A DNA stretch of 64,000 nucleotides, from positions 3,456,001-3,520,000 of the forward strand of contig OZ255721.1 in the NCBI GenBank assembly GCA_965277285.1. The letters run 5' to 3'. Under the pieces are notes generated by a model. It was not told where the DNA came from, searched no databases, and saw only the letters and a list, made by a program, of their open reading frames with translations. The number at the start of each line of letters is the position of its first letter. Positions within the stretch are counted from its first letter, which is position 1. A program made the translations under genes and the position numbers. Shown piece after piece: positions 1-10,625 of this stretch. Source of the stretch: Abditibacteriaceae bacterium (GTDB taxonomy: Bacteria > Armatimonadota > Abditibacteriia > Abditibacteriales > Abditibacteriaceae).

Positions 1-25
1 TGCGCCTTCTTTTTCGAGATTCGTC

Positions 26-1006
26 TTGTTCTTCGCCGCCGATGACTCGTCCTATGGCGCGACCAACAGTTCGATGAACGGCGCGGCCAACGGCGCGGCC
101 AATACTCCAATGACCAATAGCCTCCAGATGCCTTTCGATCACGAAATTGCGACGGACGATTTCGTTGATTTCTACGCGTTGTTGGATCAGCCGGTCGACG
201 CGCCGACGATTCAACTGCGCAGCCGCATTAACGAAATGTATGCCGAAGCGCAGGCGAACCGCGATCATCGCAACCCCGAGCGCCGCCGCCAATACGCGAA
301 TTTTTTGTATTGGATTCCGCAGGCGCGCGCCGTTTTGCTGCACGAAGGCAAGCGCGCCAAATATGATGCTTACGCCGCTCAGATAAGAAATGGCGGTTCG
401 TCTGCGGACTTTCATGCTTACCTGGAAGAACTTATCGGCGAAATGGACGCGCTCAACGAAGGCGAAGGCCTTTTGGGTTTGCGCGATCCCTTGCTTGAAC
501 CGCCGCCCACCGCACGTCTATCGACGCGATTGGACGCCGTGCGCGCCGCTGCGGGCGAAGCCGTTAAAGCTTCGATCCTTTCACCTGATTCAGCTTTTCT
601 CACGGAAGATGCGCCGCAAACAGTTTCCTCTTTCGATGCTGCAACACCAACCAACGCCGAACCATCATCGGATGCTTTTGAACCACGCGAAGGGACGGCC
701 AACACGCCACAAGATGGTGGCGCGACCGAGTATTCAGGTTCGGAACGCCCCGTTTCTTCTCGGAGAAGATCGCGTTCCACTGCGCGCTACGAAATAAGTC
801 CGACTTTGCAAAAAGAGCGCGCGTCGCTGTTCAGTTCGGCGGTCGGAGGCGTCACGTTGTTTGTTGTTTTGCTGGCGTCGCGTGTCGCTTTGCCCAACGT
901 GAGCCTGGCGATTTTGTGCGGCTTTGCCGTTGTCGCGGGCTTCCTCGCATGGCGCATCGTGCGTCGCCAACTTCTGCGCGGCATTGATACCGGATCGGCA
1001 CAATAA
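26..1006 (+). CDS. Membrane-anchored protein with degenerate J-domain-like N-terminus
   Basis: DFYALL...ARAVLLHEGKRAKYD resembles J-domain helices I and IV but has no HPD; two C-terminal hydrophobic segments. Start uncertain: the frame is open to the window edge, alternative ATG at 128. Confidence 0.55.
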   Translation: MFFAADDSSYGATNSSMNGAANGAANTPMTNSLQMPFDHEIATDDFVDFYALLDQPVDAPTIQLRSRINEMYAEAQANRDHRNPERRRQYANFLYWIPQARAVLLHEGKRAKYDAYAAQIRNGGSSADFHAYLEELIGEMDALNEGEGLLGLRDPLLEPPPTARLSTRLDAVRAAAGEAVKASILSPDSAFLTEDAPQTVSSFDAATPTNAEPSSDAFEPREGTANTPQDGGATEYSGSERPVSSRRRSRSTARYEISPTLQKERASLFSSAVGGVTLFVVLLASRVALPNVSLAILCGFAVVAGFLAWRIVRRQLLRGIDTGSAQ

Positions 1007-1188
1007 GCGAGCAGCGCCTCGTTCATCGTTGTTCTCTCCTCACATTTACGCCTGAATCTTCGACAATAGCGACGCACAATGCGACATCGAGTACTCGATA
1101 GTTCCGCGCCGCTCCACAAATTGCCGCTTTGCCAGCAATTCTCATCCTTTCATTTATCTTTTTAACTTTTGTTTATAAGGAGGAATTC

Positions 1189-2961
1189 ATGCGACTTCAA
1201 GCATCTATTCAAAGGCTATTTCTCGAACTCTTCCGTTCGCGCCAGCGTTCTCGCCAGGTTGTGCGGCGCCGCTCGTTTTGGATCGTGACCGCGCTTCTGG
1301 CGGTCGCTGTTCTGGGCAACGCGTTACACGCCAGCGCGCAAACTGCAGCGCCCGCACCAGTCGCAGCGCCAGCGACGACAGAATCGGCGGGCGATCCCGG
1401 CGGAACTTCGACAGGCAGTTCCGGCGATTTGCAAAATGCCAATGGCGCGCCCGACGACAAAACGAAAATTAGTCTGGGTCACGCTTATGAACACAGCGTG
1501 TACGGGCGCGGTTTCCGTTTTATGGCAGAGGCCGAAGGCCAGAACCGCATTGCGATCAACACGTCGTGGCTGCTCGTCACGGGCTTTTTGGTGATGTTCA
1601 TGCAGGCGGGTTTCGCACTCGTGGAAACCGGTTTCACGCGCGCCAAAAACGCCACGCACACGATGATGATGAACTTTTGTATCTACTTCATCGGCTTGCT
1701 GGGCTTCTGGTCGGTCGGCTTTGCCTTGATGTATGGCGCGGCGGGCGCCAACGCGGGCAACATCGGCGGCATTCCGCCTTTTGGCGCCAATCACGTCGTC
1801 AGCATTCCCGGCCTGGGTTCGATTTTCGCCACCAACGGCTTTTTCATGTCGGGCAACAATTACGATGTCGGCGTGTGCGCCATGTTCCTTTTTCAGGCCG
1901 TGTTCATGGACACCATGGCGGTTATTCCGACCGGCGCGATGGCCGAGCGCTGGAAGTTCGGCGCTTTCGTGATTTACGGTTTCTTCGCTTCAGTGATTTT
2001 GTACCCAATTTTTGGGCACTGGGCGTGGGGCGGCGGCTGGCTTTCGCAGTTGGGCAATCATTTCGGATTGGGCTGCGGCTACGTCGACTTTGCCGGTAGC
2101 GGCGTCGTGCACTCGGTCGGCGGCTTGTGCGGCATGGCGGGCGCCATTGTTCTGGGGCCGCGCATCGGAAAATACAACAAAGACGGCACGGCCAACGCGA
2201 TTCCCGGGCACAATATTCCGCTCGCTTTGCTGGGCGCTTTCATTTTGGGCTTTGGCTGGTTCGGCTTCAATCCGGGTTCGACTTTCGGCGCGGCGGGCGG
2301 CGGCAACCTGCGCATCGGCATCGTCGCCGTCACGACGATGATGGCCAGCGCGGGCGGCGGTTTCGCTACCATGATGTATATGTATGTGCGCTCGGGCAAG
2401 TTCGATCCTTCGATGATCGCCAACGGTTTTCTGGGCGGACTGGTCGCTATCACGGCGCCGTCCGGTTTCGTCAGCCCGACGGTCGGCGTGCTCATTGGCG
2501 CCATCGGCGGACTTGTCGTGTGCTGGGCGGTCGCTTTTCTTGAAGTTATTCACGTTGACGATCCGGTCGGCGCGGTCGCGGTTCACGCCGGAGCCGGATT
2601 GTGGGGCGTTTTATCAGTCGGCATTTTCGCGGACGGAACCTTTGGCAGCGGCTGGAACAATACCATGTTGCGCAACGGTCAACCGGCGCCGCTCGTCGGC
2701 TTGTTGCACGGCGGAACCGGACAGTTTCTGGCGCAATGCGTTGGCGTTGTGACGCTGATCGTTTGGGGCTTCGGGATGAGCTACGTCTTTTTTAAGATAC
2801 AAGACAAAATCATGGGCATTCGCAGCAGCCGCGAAGACGAACTCGGCGGCCTGGATATTCCCGACATGGGCATCGTCGCCTATCCGCCCGACATCATGGA
2901 CGCCGACTTTGAAGACGACGAAGATTACGCGACCGAACCTGTTCCCGCCGCCGCTTATTAA
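1189..2961 (+). CDS. amtB: Ammonium transporter with N-terminal extension
   Basis: FMQAGF, DFAGSGVVH, GWFGFN, DDPVGAVAVH motifs; AGGAGGA RBS before ATG 1189. Confidence 0.95.
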   Translation: MRLQASIQRLFLELFRSRQRSRQVVRRRSFWIVTALLAVAVLGNALHASAQTAAPAPVAAPATTESAGDPGGTSTGSSGDLQNANGAPDDKTKISLGHAYEHSVYGRGFRFMAEAEGQNRIAINTSWLLVTGFLVMFMQAGFALVETGFTRAKNATHTMMMNFCIYFIGLLGFWSVGFALMYGAAGANAGNIGGIPPFGANHVVSIPGLGSIFATNGFFMSGNNYDVGVCAMFLFQAVFMDTMAVIPTGAMAERWKFGAFVIYGFFASVILYPIFGHWAWGGGWLSQLGNHFGLGCGYVDFAGSGVVHSVGGLCGMAGAIVLGPRIGKYNKDGTANAIPGHNIPLALLGAFILGFGWFGFNPGSTFGAAGGGNLRIGIVAVTTMMASAGGGFATMMYMYVRSGKFDPSMIANGFLGGLVAITAPSGFVSPTVGVLIGAIGGLVVCWAVAFLEVIHVDDPVGAVAVHAGAGLWGVLSVGIFADGTFGSGWNNTMLRNGQPAPLVGLLHGGTGQFLAQCVGVVTLIVWGFGMSYVFFKIQDKIMGIRSSREDELGGLDIPDMGIVAYPPDIMDADFEDDEDYATEPVPAAAY

Positions 2962-3001
2962 ATCGTCTTAATCGTAGGATTTAATCGTAGGATTTTGAAC
3001 C

Positions 3002-3075
3002 GTAGTGGCTTGGCGTGCCAAGCCTTCCGTGAACGCGAGAACTACAAACAGAGGCTCGGCACGCCAAGCTTCTAC
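3002..3075. repeat. GTAG-type REP pair
   Basis: GTAGTGGCTTGGCGTGCCAAGCC...GGCTCGGCACGCCAAGCTTCTAC; related units at 41679-41707 and 55510-55537. Confidence 0.65.
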
Positions 3076-3281
3076 GACAAAACGAAATTCATCCAGCGCC
3101 GCGCTTATCGAGTACTCGAATCGAGTATTTCAATAAGCGCGGCGTTGTTGTTGGTGGAGGTTTGCGCGCCTTCCAACGGAACCGCATCAAGCGCGTATCG
3201 TGTTGCGTTAAACTTGCGGCGCCTTTGTCACTGCGCTGGTTACAAATTGTGGTTCGCCAATTTTCTGCTTTCAATTTCCTT

Positions 3282-5372
3282 ATGCCTGATTTTCATGCTT
3301 CAACGGTGCGCGCGATTCGTGAATTGCACGCGCGTTTCCCGCAAACGCCGTTTTTGACGTTGGGACAAACCGTGTTGTGGGACGAGCCGACCAAAGCCGC
3401 GTTTTGCCGCATTTGCGAAGAAATCGCGCCGACTGCGGAAATCGTCGCCGGCGTTCACGATACGGATTATTTTGCGAAATTGCCCGGCTTGCAAAACCGC
3501 GCGGAAAAGTTCGCCTTGTTGCCACACAACGATGGCTCGACGCGCGGCTTGTGGAGCGCAGCCGGAGAAATCAGCAGTTTGTTCGGCGCCGAAATCGTCC
3601 CGACGCGCCATTTGCTGAGTGAAAACGGCGTCGCCTTCGACCGCGTGGCGAAACGTTATCCCGGCGGCAACGAGGCTTTGCTCGAAAACGAAACCGTGGC
3701 CTGGGGCTGGCGCGCTCTGGTTCACACCGAAGCGCGTTCGCTTATCGCCGCCGATGTGAAACTCGCCGACATCGCGCCCGCTTTGCGCGAGCAATTGTTA
3801 TGGGCGATTGAGGAAAGTTTGCAAATCGTCGGGCGACCTTCCGCTGAAAACATTGCTGGCCAACTGCTCGATTGGACTAACGAGTACTCGATGGCGAATC
3901 CCGATGCGACTTTGTCCGATTTATATCGTTTTCTGACGCCGAAGTTGTGGAAAGCGGTGCGCGGCGAAGGCAATTGCAACCTGCAAACCACGACTTCGCT
4001 GCAGCTCTTTCGCTTCAATTCGCAAACCTGCGAGACGCCGCGTTTTCGTTTTCTCGATTTATTCTTGCAGCCGCAAACGCGCGATGTTGCACGACGATGT
4101 TACGATGACGCGGTGCGTGGCAGCGGCATTTACCAATTGAGTCAGTTCGGCGATGGCGCGCTGCCTTTCGATGTCGTGATTCCCAATCGCGGGCGCGGAA
4201 CTTTGCGCTTGCACGAAGGCTCGCTGTACATCGAAACCGAGACGCCGGTTACGTTGTGTCAGGGCTGCGATTGCGGAAGCGTTGCGGAATTGGCGCAGGT
4301 TTTGGAAGCGACTTTTGGCCCGAACGTGGCGATTGTCGGCAAGGCAGTCTCCTTGATTTCGATGCTGTCGGCAGAGTTCATTTTCGTCTTTCACGAAAAA
4401 GCGTCAAGCTACACCAGTCGCACGCAGATTATGAACAAGTGTTTGCGCGAAGCGGGCGTCGCGCTCGATTTGCATCCGATGTTGCGCATCGAGTACTCGA
4501 CATGGAATTCGTTGCGCGCTGTTCAAGCCGAGTTCAAATTGCCGCCGCATCTGGCGCGCGCTTTTGGTACGAAAACGATTTCGGCGCATAAGTTCGCTTA
4601 CAGTTGGAAAATCGTTTGCGACGAGCAGGACGCTTTGCGCAACCAGTTGAAAGAATGCGCTTCGCCGCGCGAATTGATGAAGTTTTTGGCCGCGCGTGAT
4701 GCAGATAACTGGGCGCAACCGCTTATCGAGTACTCGAATGCGCGCCAGAACCTGAACAACTTGCGCGAACAAACGCGCCAATTGGAAACTGAAATCCAAT
4801 CGTTGCGAGCACAAGCGCATGAAGTGACGGCGCAGGCTTCGCACATCGAAACCGAAAAAGGCGAGTTTTGGCGCGCCAAGATTCAGCCTGTGCGCACGCG
4901 CCTTTTCGACATCAAAGAAAACGCCGCCAAACGCTTGGAAGCGAACCTCAAACTCTCGAAAGACGAACGTCGCGCGTTGGCCGAAACTGAAAAAGCCGAA
5001 GAGCTGGAAATTGCCGATTTGTGCCAGCAGTTGGAAAGTTTGATGCTTGAGCGCGCCGAGTTCAGCAAAACGATTGATGATTTGCGTCAAACCGCGCGCA
5101 GTTGTCAGTCTCAAGCGCGTCTGAAAATTGAGCAGCGCGTCGCCATCGAACAAAGCGAAGAAACCAAAACGTTGCGCGCGACGATTGCGCAACTGGAATA
5201 CGAAAGCGAACGCGAACGCTTGCATCTGGTGCGCGATGCGTTGCTTGTCAGCCAGGGTTTGCGTTACACCAATTTGCGTCCTACGGCATGGTGGCTGCCG
5301 CTCGTTTCACCCGACGGCATGTGGTTTCAGACTTTGGCGCGTTCGGCTCAATCTCGCATCGAAGAGTTGTGA
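3282..5372 (+). CDS. Hypothetical protein with long C-terminal coiled coil
   Basis: Long ORF with host-like codon usage; E/Q/L/A heptad-rich C-terminal third; start taken at ATG 3282. Confidence 0.8.
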   Translation: MPDFHASTVRAIRELHARFPQTPFLTLGQTVLWDEPTKAAFCRICEEIAPTAEIVAGVHDTDYFAKLPGLQNRAEKFALLPHNDGSTRGLWSAAGEISSLFGAEIVPTRHLLSENGVAFDRVAKRYPGGNEALLENETVAWGWRALVHTEARSLIAADVKLADIAPALREQLLWAIEESLQIVGRPSAENIAGQLLDWTNEYSMANPDATLSDLYRFLTPKLWKAVRGEGNCNLQTTTSLQLFRFNSQTCETPRFRFLDLFLQPQTRDVARRCYDDAVRGSGIYQLSQFGDGALPFDVVIPNRGRGTLRLHEGSLYIETETPVTLCQGCDCGSVAELAQVLEATFGPNVAIVGKAVSLISMLSAEFIFVFHEKASSYTSRTQIMNKCLREAGVALDLHPMLRIEYSTWNSLRAVQAEFKLPPHLARAFGTKTISAHKFAYSWKIVCDEQDALRNQLKECASPRELMKFLAARDADNWAQPLIEYSNARQNLNNLREQTRQLETEIQSLRAQAHEVTAQASHIETEKGEFWRAKIQPVRTRLFDIKENAAKRLEANLKLSKDERRALAETEKAEELEIADLCQQLESLMLERAEFSKTIDDLRQTARSCQSQARLKIEQRVAIEQSEETKTLRATIAQLEYESERERLHLVRDALLVSQGLRYTNLRPTAWWLPLVSPDGMWFQTLARSAQSRIEEL

Positions 5373-5399
5373 AACTTCTTTCAAAAACTGCTTGAAATA

Positions 5400-5720
5400 G
5401 GACACGGCGCTACGCGACACGGATTGAACGGATAAAGACGGATCGAAGAACTTGGATTACAGAACCGCTGGTGCGGGTTTGCGGATGTCCACCGCTGAAG
5501 CAGTGGGCTGAACGAGCAAGACCGCTAAAGCGGCCTCAACTGCAGCGCGGAAGCGGTAGTTCAGCGCCATTTATGGTGCTTTGATGCTCAGCCCACTGCT
5601 TCAGCGGTAGGCGTCCGCAAACCCGCATCCCTACTTGTAAAACTTCGAGTACACGAAAGTCCAGACTTTTCCGATCTGTGTTTATCCATTCAACCCGGAT
5701 CGCGCAGCGCCGTGTTCCCT
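5400..5720. repeat. Nested inverted-repeat element
   Basis: Outer arms GACACGGCGCTACGCGA.../...TCGCGCAGCGCCGTGTTCC enclose inner arms GCGGGTTTGCGGATGTCCACCGCTGAAGCAGTGGGCTGA/TCAGCCCACTGCTTCAGCGGTAGGCGTCCGCAAACCCGC. Confidence 0.7.
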
Positions 5721-5801
5721 TGCCTTGAAAAATCACTTTTGTGCGTGTTTTGCGGAGTTTGTTAAACTGCGCGCCATTCCACGAAGCGAGTACTCGATCT
5801 C

Positions 5802-6554
5802 ATGTCAGGACACAGTAAATGGCACAACATCCGTTTGCAAAAAGGCAAAGCGGATCTGGAACGCGGCAAGCAGTTCGCCAAATTGTCGCGTGAAATCACG
5901 ATTGCGGCCAAGCAAGGCGGCGGCAGCCCCGATTCCAACGCGCGCTTGCGCATGGCAATCGACAAGGCGAAGCAGAACTCGATGCCCGCCGACAACATCA
6001 AGCGCGCGACGCAAAAAGGCACCGGCGAACTCGAAAGCGCGACTTACGAAGAAGCGCTTTTTGAAGGCTACGGGCCGGGCGGGGTCGCGGTTCTGGTCAA
6101 CACAGCGAGCGATAATCGTAACCGCGTCGTGGCCGACGTGCGCCACATTTTTGCCAAGCACGGCGGTAACCTGGGCGAAAATGGCAGCGTCGCTTGGCAG
6201 TTCAAGCGCCAAGGCGTTTTGCGCGTTGCAGCGTCCGGCGATATTTCGGAAGACCGCGCGATGGAACTGGCGCTGGAAGCCGGAGCTGACGATTTTTCGA
6301 GCGAAGACGGCACCTACGAAATCAAAACCGCGCCGGAAAACCTGAGCGCGCTTCGTCAATCCCTTGAAGCTGGCGGCGTTCCAATCGCGTCGTCCGATGT
6401 CGAAATGGTGCCGCAAACAACGGTCGAACTGGACGGCGAAACGGCGCGCAAAATGTTGAAGTTGATGGACGCGCTCGAAGATCACGACGATGTGCAAAGC
6501 GTCGCTGCCAACTTCGACATCGCCGAAAATATTTTGCAGGAAATCGGCGCGTGA
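5802..6554 (+). CDS. yebC: YebC/PmpR family protein
   Basis: MSGHSKW start, EGYGPGGVA, DNRNR, LEDHDDVQ. Confidence 0.97.
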   Translation: MSGHSKWHNIRLQKGKADLERGKQFAKLSREITIAAKQGGGSPDSNARLRMAIDKAKQNSMPADNIKRATQKGTGELESATYEEALFEGYGPGGVAVLVNTASDNRNRVVADVRHIFAKHGGNLGENGSVAWQFKRQGVLRVAASGDISEDRAMELALEAGADDFSSEDGTYEIKTAPENLSALRQSLEAGGVPIASSDVEMVPQTTVELDGETARKMLKLMDALEDHDDVQSVAANFDIAENILQEIGA

Positions 6555-6676
6555 GCCAGTTGGCAGAAAGCAGCGGCAGGAAGGTTGACGTTTTAGCAAT
6601 CAAACGCGATTTCGGTGCGATATCGAGTACTGGAATGGCGAGCAGGATTTCAAAAGTAGTAACAAGGACAAAAAGC

Positions 6677-7909
6677 GTGAATATCAGTGTGAATACAGCG
6701 AGCAAGACGAACAAATGGGCGGTTCTCGCCGCGTCGGGATTGTTGATGACGAGCGTTGTCGCGGGTTGCGGCAACAAGGGCGGCGGCACAGCGAGTAGCA
6801 CGGCGGATAACGGCGGCAGCACGACGCCGTCGGCCAATTTCAGCGGTAGCGATGTGGTGGCAACGGTGAATGGCGACAACATCACGCGCGGCGATTTGTA
6901 TCCGCAAATGGTAGCTACAACGGGCGAGTCAGCGTTGACCGACCTCATCAATTACAACCTGGTAATGCAGGAATTGAAGAAAAATAATCTCGATGTGACG
7001 GACGCCGAAGTTGATCAATTCCTCGCTGATCGCAAATCTCAGGACCCGACGCAAGGCGCCCAAATCGACCAACTTATTAAGGACGGTGGCACGCGTTTGG
7101 ACGCGGTGCGTCGTCGTGCGCGCTTGCAGATTGCTACAGAAAAGTTGGTCACTAAAGATGTAAAAGCCGATCCCGCGGATGTTAAAACGTGGTTCGCCAA
7201 AAATCAAAGCCACTATGGAACGCCAGCGCGCGTCAAAGTCGGTTTGCTGTTTGCCAGCACCAAAGTGCGCGCCGATACAATGCTGGCGCAACTCAAGGCG
7301 AAGAGCAAAACGTTCGATCAATTGCTGGACGATCAGAAAAAAATGGGCGATCCTGTAGGCGCGAACAGCGCGCAACAAGATGTGCCTGCCGACAAACTGG
7401 AAAAGGATAAATCGCCTTTGGGCGCAGCCGCCAGAAAACTGGGCGTCGGCGAATATAGCGCCGTGACGCCTTTAGGTAAAACGGCGTACGCAATTATCAC
7501 TATCCTTTCAAAAACGCCTGCCGTCACGCCCGATTTCGACAAGATGAAAGATCAGGCCACAACTGATTACAAACTGGAACAGGTCGCGCGCGATCAGGTT
7601 TCCAAAGCGCCTGGCGGTCAAACTTTTGAAAAAACCCTGACGCAAATCCAAACCGCCGTCGCGCAACAAGCCGCGCAACAAGGCAATGCCAGCAATCCGT
7701 CCTATCATGATTTGCTGAGTTTGTTGGCGCAGGGCAAAATCCAAGAAATCCAAACCAAACTGCGCGACGAGGCCAAAGTCACCGTCGCCGACCCTGACCT
7801 GAAAAAAGTCGCCGATCAGTTCAAAGGCTCTGGCGCAACCAATGCGACTTCCAACGACGCCACTTCCAATAGCGCGACCTCAAACGCTGCAGCGCCCGCC
7901 AAACCGTAA
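6677..7909 (+). CDS. PrsA/SurA-like foldase lipoprotein
   Basis: Lipobox VAGC, VATVNGDNIT, VTDAEVD, parvulin-like region; GTG 6677 follows AAGGA. Confidence 0.75.
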   Translation: MNISVNTASKTNKWAVLAASGLLMTSVVAGCGNKGGGTASSTADNGGSTTPSANFSGSDVVATVNGDNITRGDLYPQMVATTGESALTDLINYNLVMQELKKNNLDVTDAEVDQFLADRKSQDPTQGAQIDQLIKDGGTRLDAVRRRARLQIATEKLVTKDVKADPADVKTWFAKNQSHYGTPARVKVGLLFASTKVRADTMLAQLKAKSKTFDQLLDDQKKMGDPVGANSAQQDVPADKLEKDKSPLGAAARKLGVGEYSAVTPLGKTAYAIITILSKTPAVTPDFDKMKDQATTDYKLEQVARDQVSKAPGGQTFEKTLTQIQTAVAQQAAQQGNASNPSYHDLLSLLAQGKIQEIQTKLRDEAKVTVADPDLKKVADQFKGSGATNATSNDATSNSATSNAAAPAKP

Positions 7910-7991
7910 CGTTTGGTAACCTTGCAACCGGCTGATGATTTGTTTCGTCAGCCGGTTTTGCGTTTGTAAAATCTTCAATCGAGTACTCAAA

Positions 7992-8831
7992 ATGAACCCA
8001 GAACCAACTCAAAAACCGCACGCCACACATGAATTCCAACGCTTGACAAGCATCATCGCGCAGTTGCGCGCGCCCAATGGCTGCCCGTGGGACAGGGAAC
8101 AAACGCACGAAAGTTTGCGCGCTTCTCTCATCGAAGAAACCGCCGAAACCTTGGACGCTATCGAGCGCGCCGATGACGCTGACTTGCGCGAAGAACTGGG
8201 CGATTTGCTGATGCAACCGATTTTTCACGCACAAATCGCCAGCGAAGAAAACCGCTTCGATTTAGCCGATGTTCTGCACGAAATCTGCGAAAAACTGGTG
8301 CGCCGTCATCCGCACGTTTTCGGCGACGCGCAAGTCGAAAACACCGCCGGAGTTTTAGCCAATTGGGACGCGATTAAGAAAGAAGAAAAAGTGCGCAAAG
8401 CCGCGCAATCTTTAAACGACAATCGAGTACTCGAAAGCGCCTTGAGCAACGTTCCGCCCGAACTTCCGGCGCTTTCAATGGCGCTGAAGGTTTCCAAGAA
8501 AGCCGCTAAAGCCGGTTTCGAGTGGGAAAACCTGAGCGGCGTGCTGGACAAAATGCGCGAAGAAATCGACGAACTGCAAGCCGAAATCGAAAGCGAAAAC
8601 CGCGAGCGCGCAACCGAAGAATTGGGCGATTTGTTGTTTACGATTGTCAACGTCGCGCGCTGGAAAAAGATTGATCCCGAACTCGCTTTGCGCGACACGG
8701 TTCGTCGTTTCACCACGCGTTTTCAAGCGATGGAAAGTGACGCGCAAACACACGATTTGAAGTTGGAAAACTTGTCGCCGCAAGAATGGGATGAACTGTG
8801 GAACGCAGCGAAAGTGAAGACTCGCGCGTGA
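7992..8831 (+). CDS. mazG: Nucleoside triphosphate pyrophosphohydrolase MazG
   Basis: GCPWDREQTHESL, EELGDLL twice, KLVRRHPHVFG. Confidence 0.96.
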   Translation: MNPEPTQKPHATHEFQRLTSIIAQLRAPNGCPWDREQTHESLRASLIEETAETLDAIERADDADLREELGDLLMQPIFHAQIASEENRFDLADVLHEICEKLVRRHPHVFGDAQVENTAGVLANWDAIKKEEKVRKAAQSLNDNRVLESALSNVPPELPALSMALKVSKKAAKAGFEWENLSGVLDKMREEIDELQAEIESENRERATEELGDLLFTIVNVARWKKIDPELALRDTVRRFTTRFQAMESDAQTHDLKLENLSPQEWDELWNAAKVKTRA

Positions 8832-8834
8832 TTT

Positions 8835-9470
8835 ATGAGCGATGAAGAGGAATTCGAGTACTCGAATCTTTCGGCGGATGAGTTGCGCGAAGTGGCGCCG
8901 CGCATCGAACATTGCGGCGACGCGGAATTGCAATGGCGTGTCATGGTCGAAGTGGCACGGCGCGAAAGCGCGGAGAGGAAGCCACACCGTTTCCGTAATT
9001 TTGGCCAATGGTTGTTTGATAACGAGCGAGCGCCGCGCAATTATCGCTGGCTGTTCGAGCATGGTGAAGAACGCACGACGGACGCGATTTTGTTGTGGTG
9101 GGAAGATCGACGGCCATTTTGGAAGCGTTTCGTCGGTCTCGTATCCTCCTGCGGCTTGCTTTCGTTTCTCGCGTTCCTGCTGCTGAGCGGAATTGATGCG
9201 GGCCCCTTCGCTATGGGCTCTTGGCTGGAAACCGTACTTGTGGTTATGGTGGGTTGGGGCTGGATTTCCGGCGCCCTTTTTATGCTGTTTGCGTTATTGG
9301 CCAGTTTCGTTTATTTTGGCTTTGTCGGTCTCGATATGATGCTCAGCGCCATTGTGTATTTCACGGATTGGCGTTGGAGTGTGTTTTTGTTTTCTTCTCT
9401 GTTAGCCCTGGCCTTAATTATCGCGGCGTTTTCCTGGCTTTCTCTGCTTTATTCTTTGGCCACGCGTTGA
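8835..9470 (+). CDS. Hypothetical membrane protein (paralog 1)
   Basis: 3-4 hydrophobic segments; shares S.(D/E)ELR.V and WLFE.G...RT...I..WWE.RR.FW with the next gene. Confidence 0.7.
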   Translation: MSDEEEFEYSNLSADELREVAPRIEHCGDAELQWRVMVEVARRESAERKPHRFRNFGQWLFDNERAPRNYRWLFEHGEERTTDAILLWWEDRRPFWKRFVGLVSSCGLLSFLAFLLLSGIDAGPFAMGSWLETVLVVMVGWGWISGALFMLFALLASFVYFGFVGLDMMLSAIVYFTDWRWSVFLFSSLLALALIIAAFSWLSLLYSLATR

Positions 9471-9517
9471 AAAACGAAATCGAGTACTCGAAAGAACAAC
9501 GAGTAATTCGATGAACG

Positions 9518-10186
9518 ATGATGTTCTGGTCAATGATTCCCGACGAAGTGCCCGATTACACGAAATACTCGTTGGAAGAGTTGCGTGATGTCGTGCGGCA
9601 TGCTGACTGTGACTACGATCCCGAACGCTACGTTGTGCTGCTGGAGGAAATCGCGTTGCATAAAGATAAAAATGAATATCCGTTGACGGCGCGAAAAAGT
9701 GTGAGCCGGGAAGCGCGCGCATTTCTGTCGGGAAATAAATATCCGCCGAAGGTACGGAGACCTTTGCGCGAGTGGCTTTTTGAAGAAGGTGATGCGCCGC
9801 GCACAGCCTCTCATATCATCGCTTGGTGGGAAGTTCGTCGCTCGTTTTGGTGCTGCTTCGTTGCGACTTTATTCGTCTGCGATTTCCTGACGGGATGGCT
9901 GTTGATAATGTTTGCGACTGCCGGGCACGGTTCCTCCAATTCGCTTCAGGCTTTTGCATCACTTCTTATTACTCTGATCCCAGCATTGTTTGTATTGGTT
10001 TTCTTGATGATTCCCGTCAACATTGTTTTTTGCGCGGCTTACTGTATCGACATTGCGTTGAACATCCCACTGCGATTTTTAGGCTGGCGCATGTCAGTTG
10101 TTTTACTCGGTTCCCTGTTGGCGCTGACGATTCTCGTTGCCAGTCTGCCAATTATCGGCTTGCTAAGGTTAATGACTCAGCGCTAA
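9518..10186 (+). CDS. Hypothetical membrane protein (paralog 2)
   Basis: Same shared motifs as 8835-9470. Confidence 0.7.
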   Translation: MMFWSMIPDEVPDYTKYSLEELRDVVRHADCDYDPERYVVLLEEIALHKDKNEYPLTARKSVSREARAFLSGNKYPPKVRRPLREWLFEEGDAPRTASHIIAWWEVRRSFWCCFVATLFVCDFLTGWLLIMFATAGHGSSNSLQAFASLLITLIPALFVLVFLMIPVNIVFCAAYCIDIALNIPLRFLGWRMSVVLLGSLLALTILVASLPIIGLLRLMTQR

Positions 10187-10227
10187 CAACAAAAAGGTCG
10201 AGTACTCGATTCCTCCAAACACAAGCT

Positions 10228-10620
10228 ATGAACAAGCAACTTCTGGAGTTTCAAGCTAAAATTGCCTTTCTCGATTTGTTTCGCCACATAGTTGAAAGTG
10301 AGGGCGAATGGAATCGAATGCTTGATTTACGAGATGAGAACGCTTTTGAAAGCGAATGGCTGCGCGTCGACGAAGAAATTCGTGCACGGGAAGCGGAAAT
10401 GCTGCTTGAAGATGACGAACGAAAAGTTCTCGAACAAATCCGCGAGCGAACCTTTAAGATCGCTTTTCAGAATACGCGAAACGCCGAAATTGCGGCTTCG
10501 GTTTCTGATGACTTTGATGTAATGGCACGAGCGAAGCGCGTTGGCCTTAACAATTCTTGGTTAGATAATTTGATTCAGGAATATGCGACTGGAAAGTTTC
10601 CCTTTCAATTGCAACCATAA
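10228..10620 (+). CDS. Hypothetical protein, AT-richer
   Basis: 130-aa ORF from ATG 10228, flanked by 18-bp direct repeats. Confidence 0.65.
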   Translation: MNKQLLEFQAKIAFLDLFRHIVESEGEWNRMLDLRDENAFESEWLRVDEEIRAREAEMLLEDDERKVLEQIRERTFKIAFQNTRNAEIAASVSDDFDVMARAKRVGLNNSWLDNLIQEYATGKFPFQLQP

Positions 10621-10625
10621 AACGC

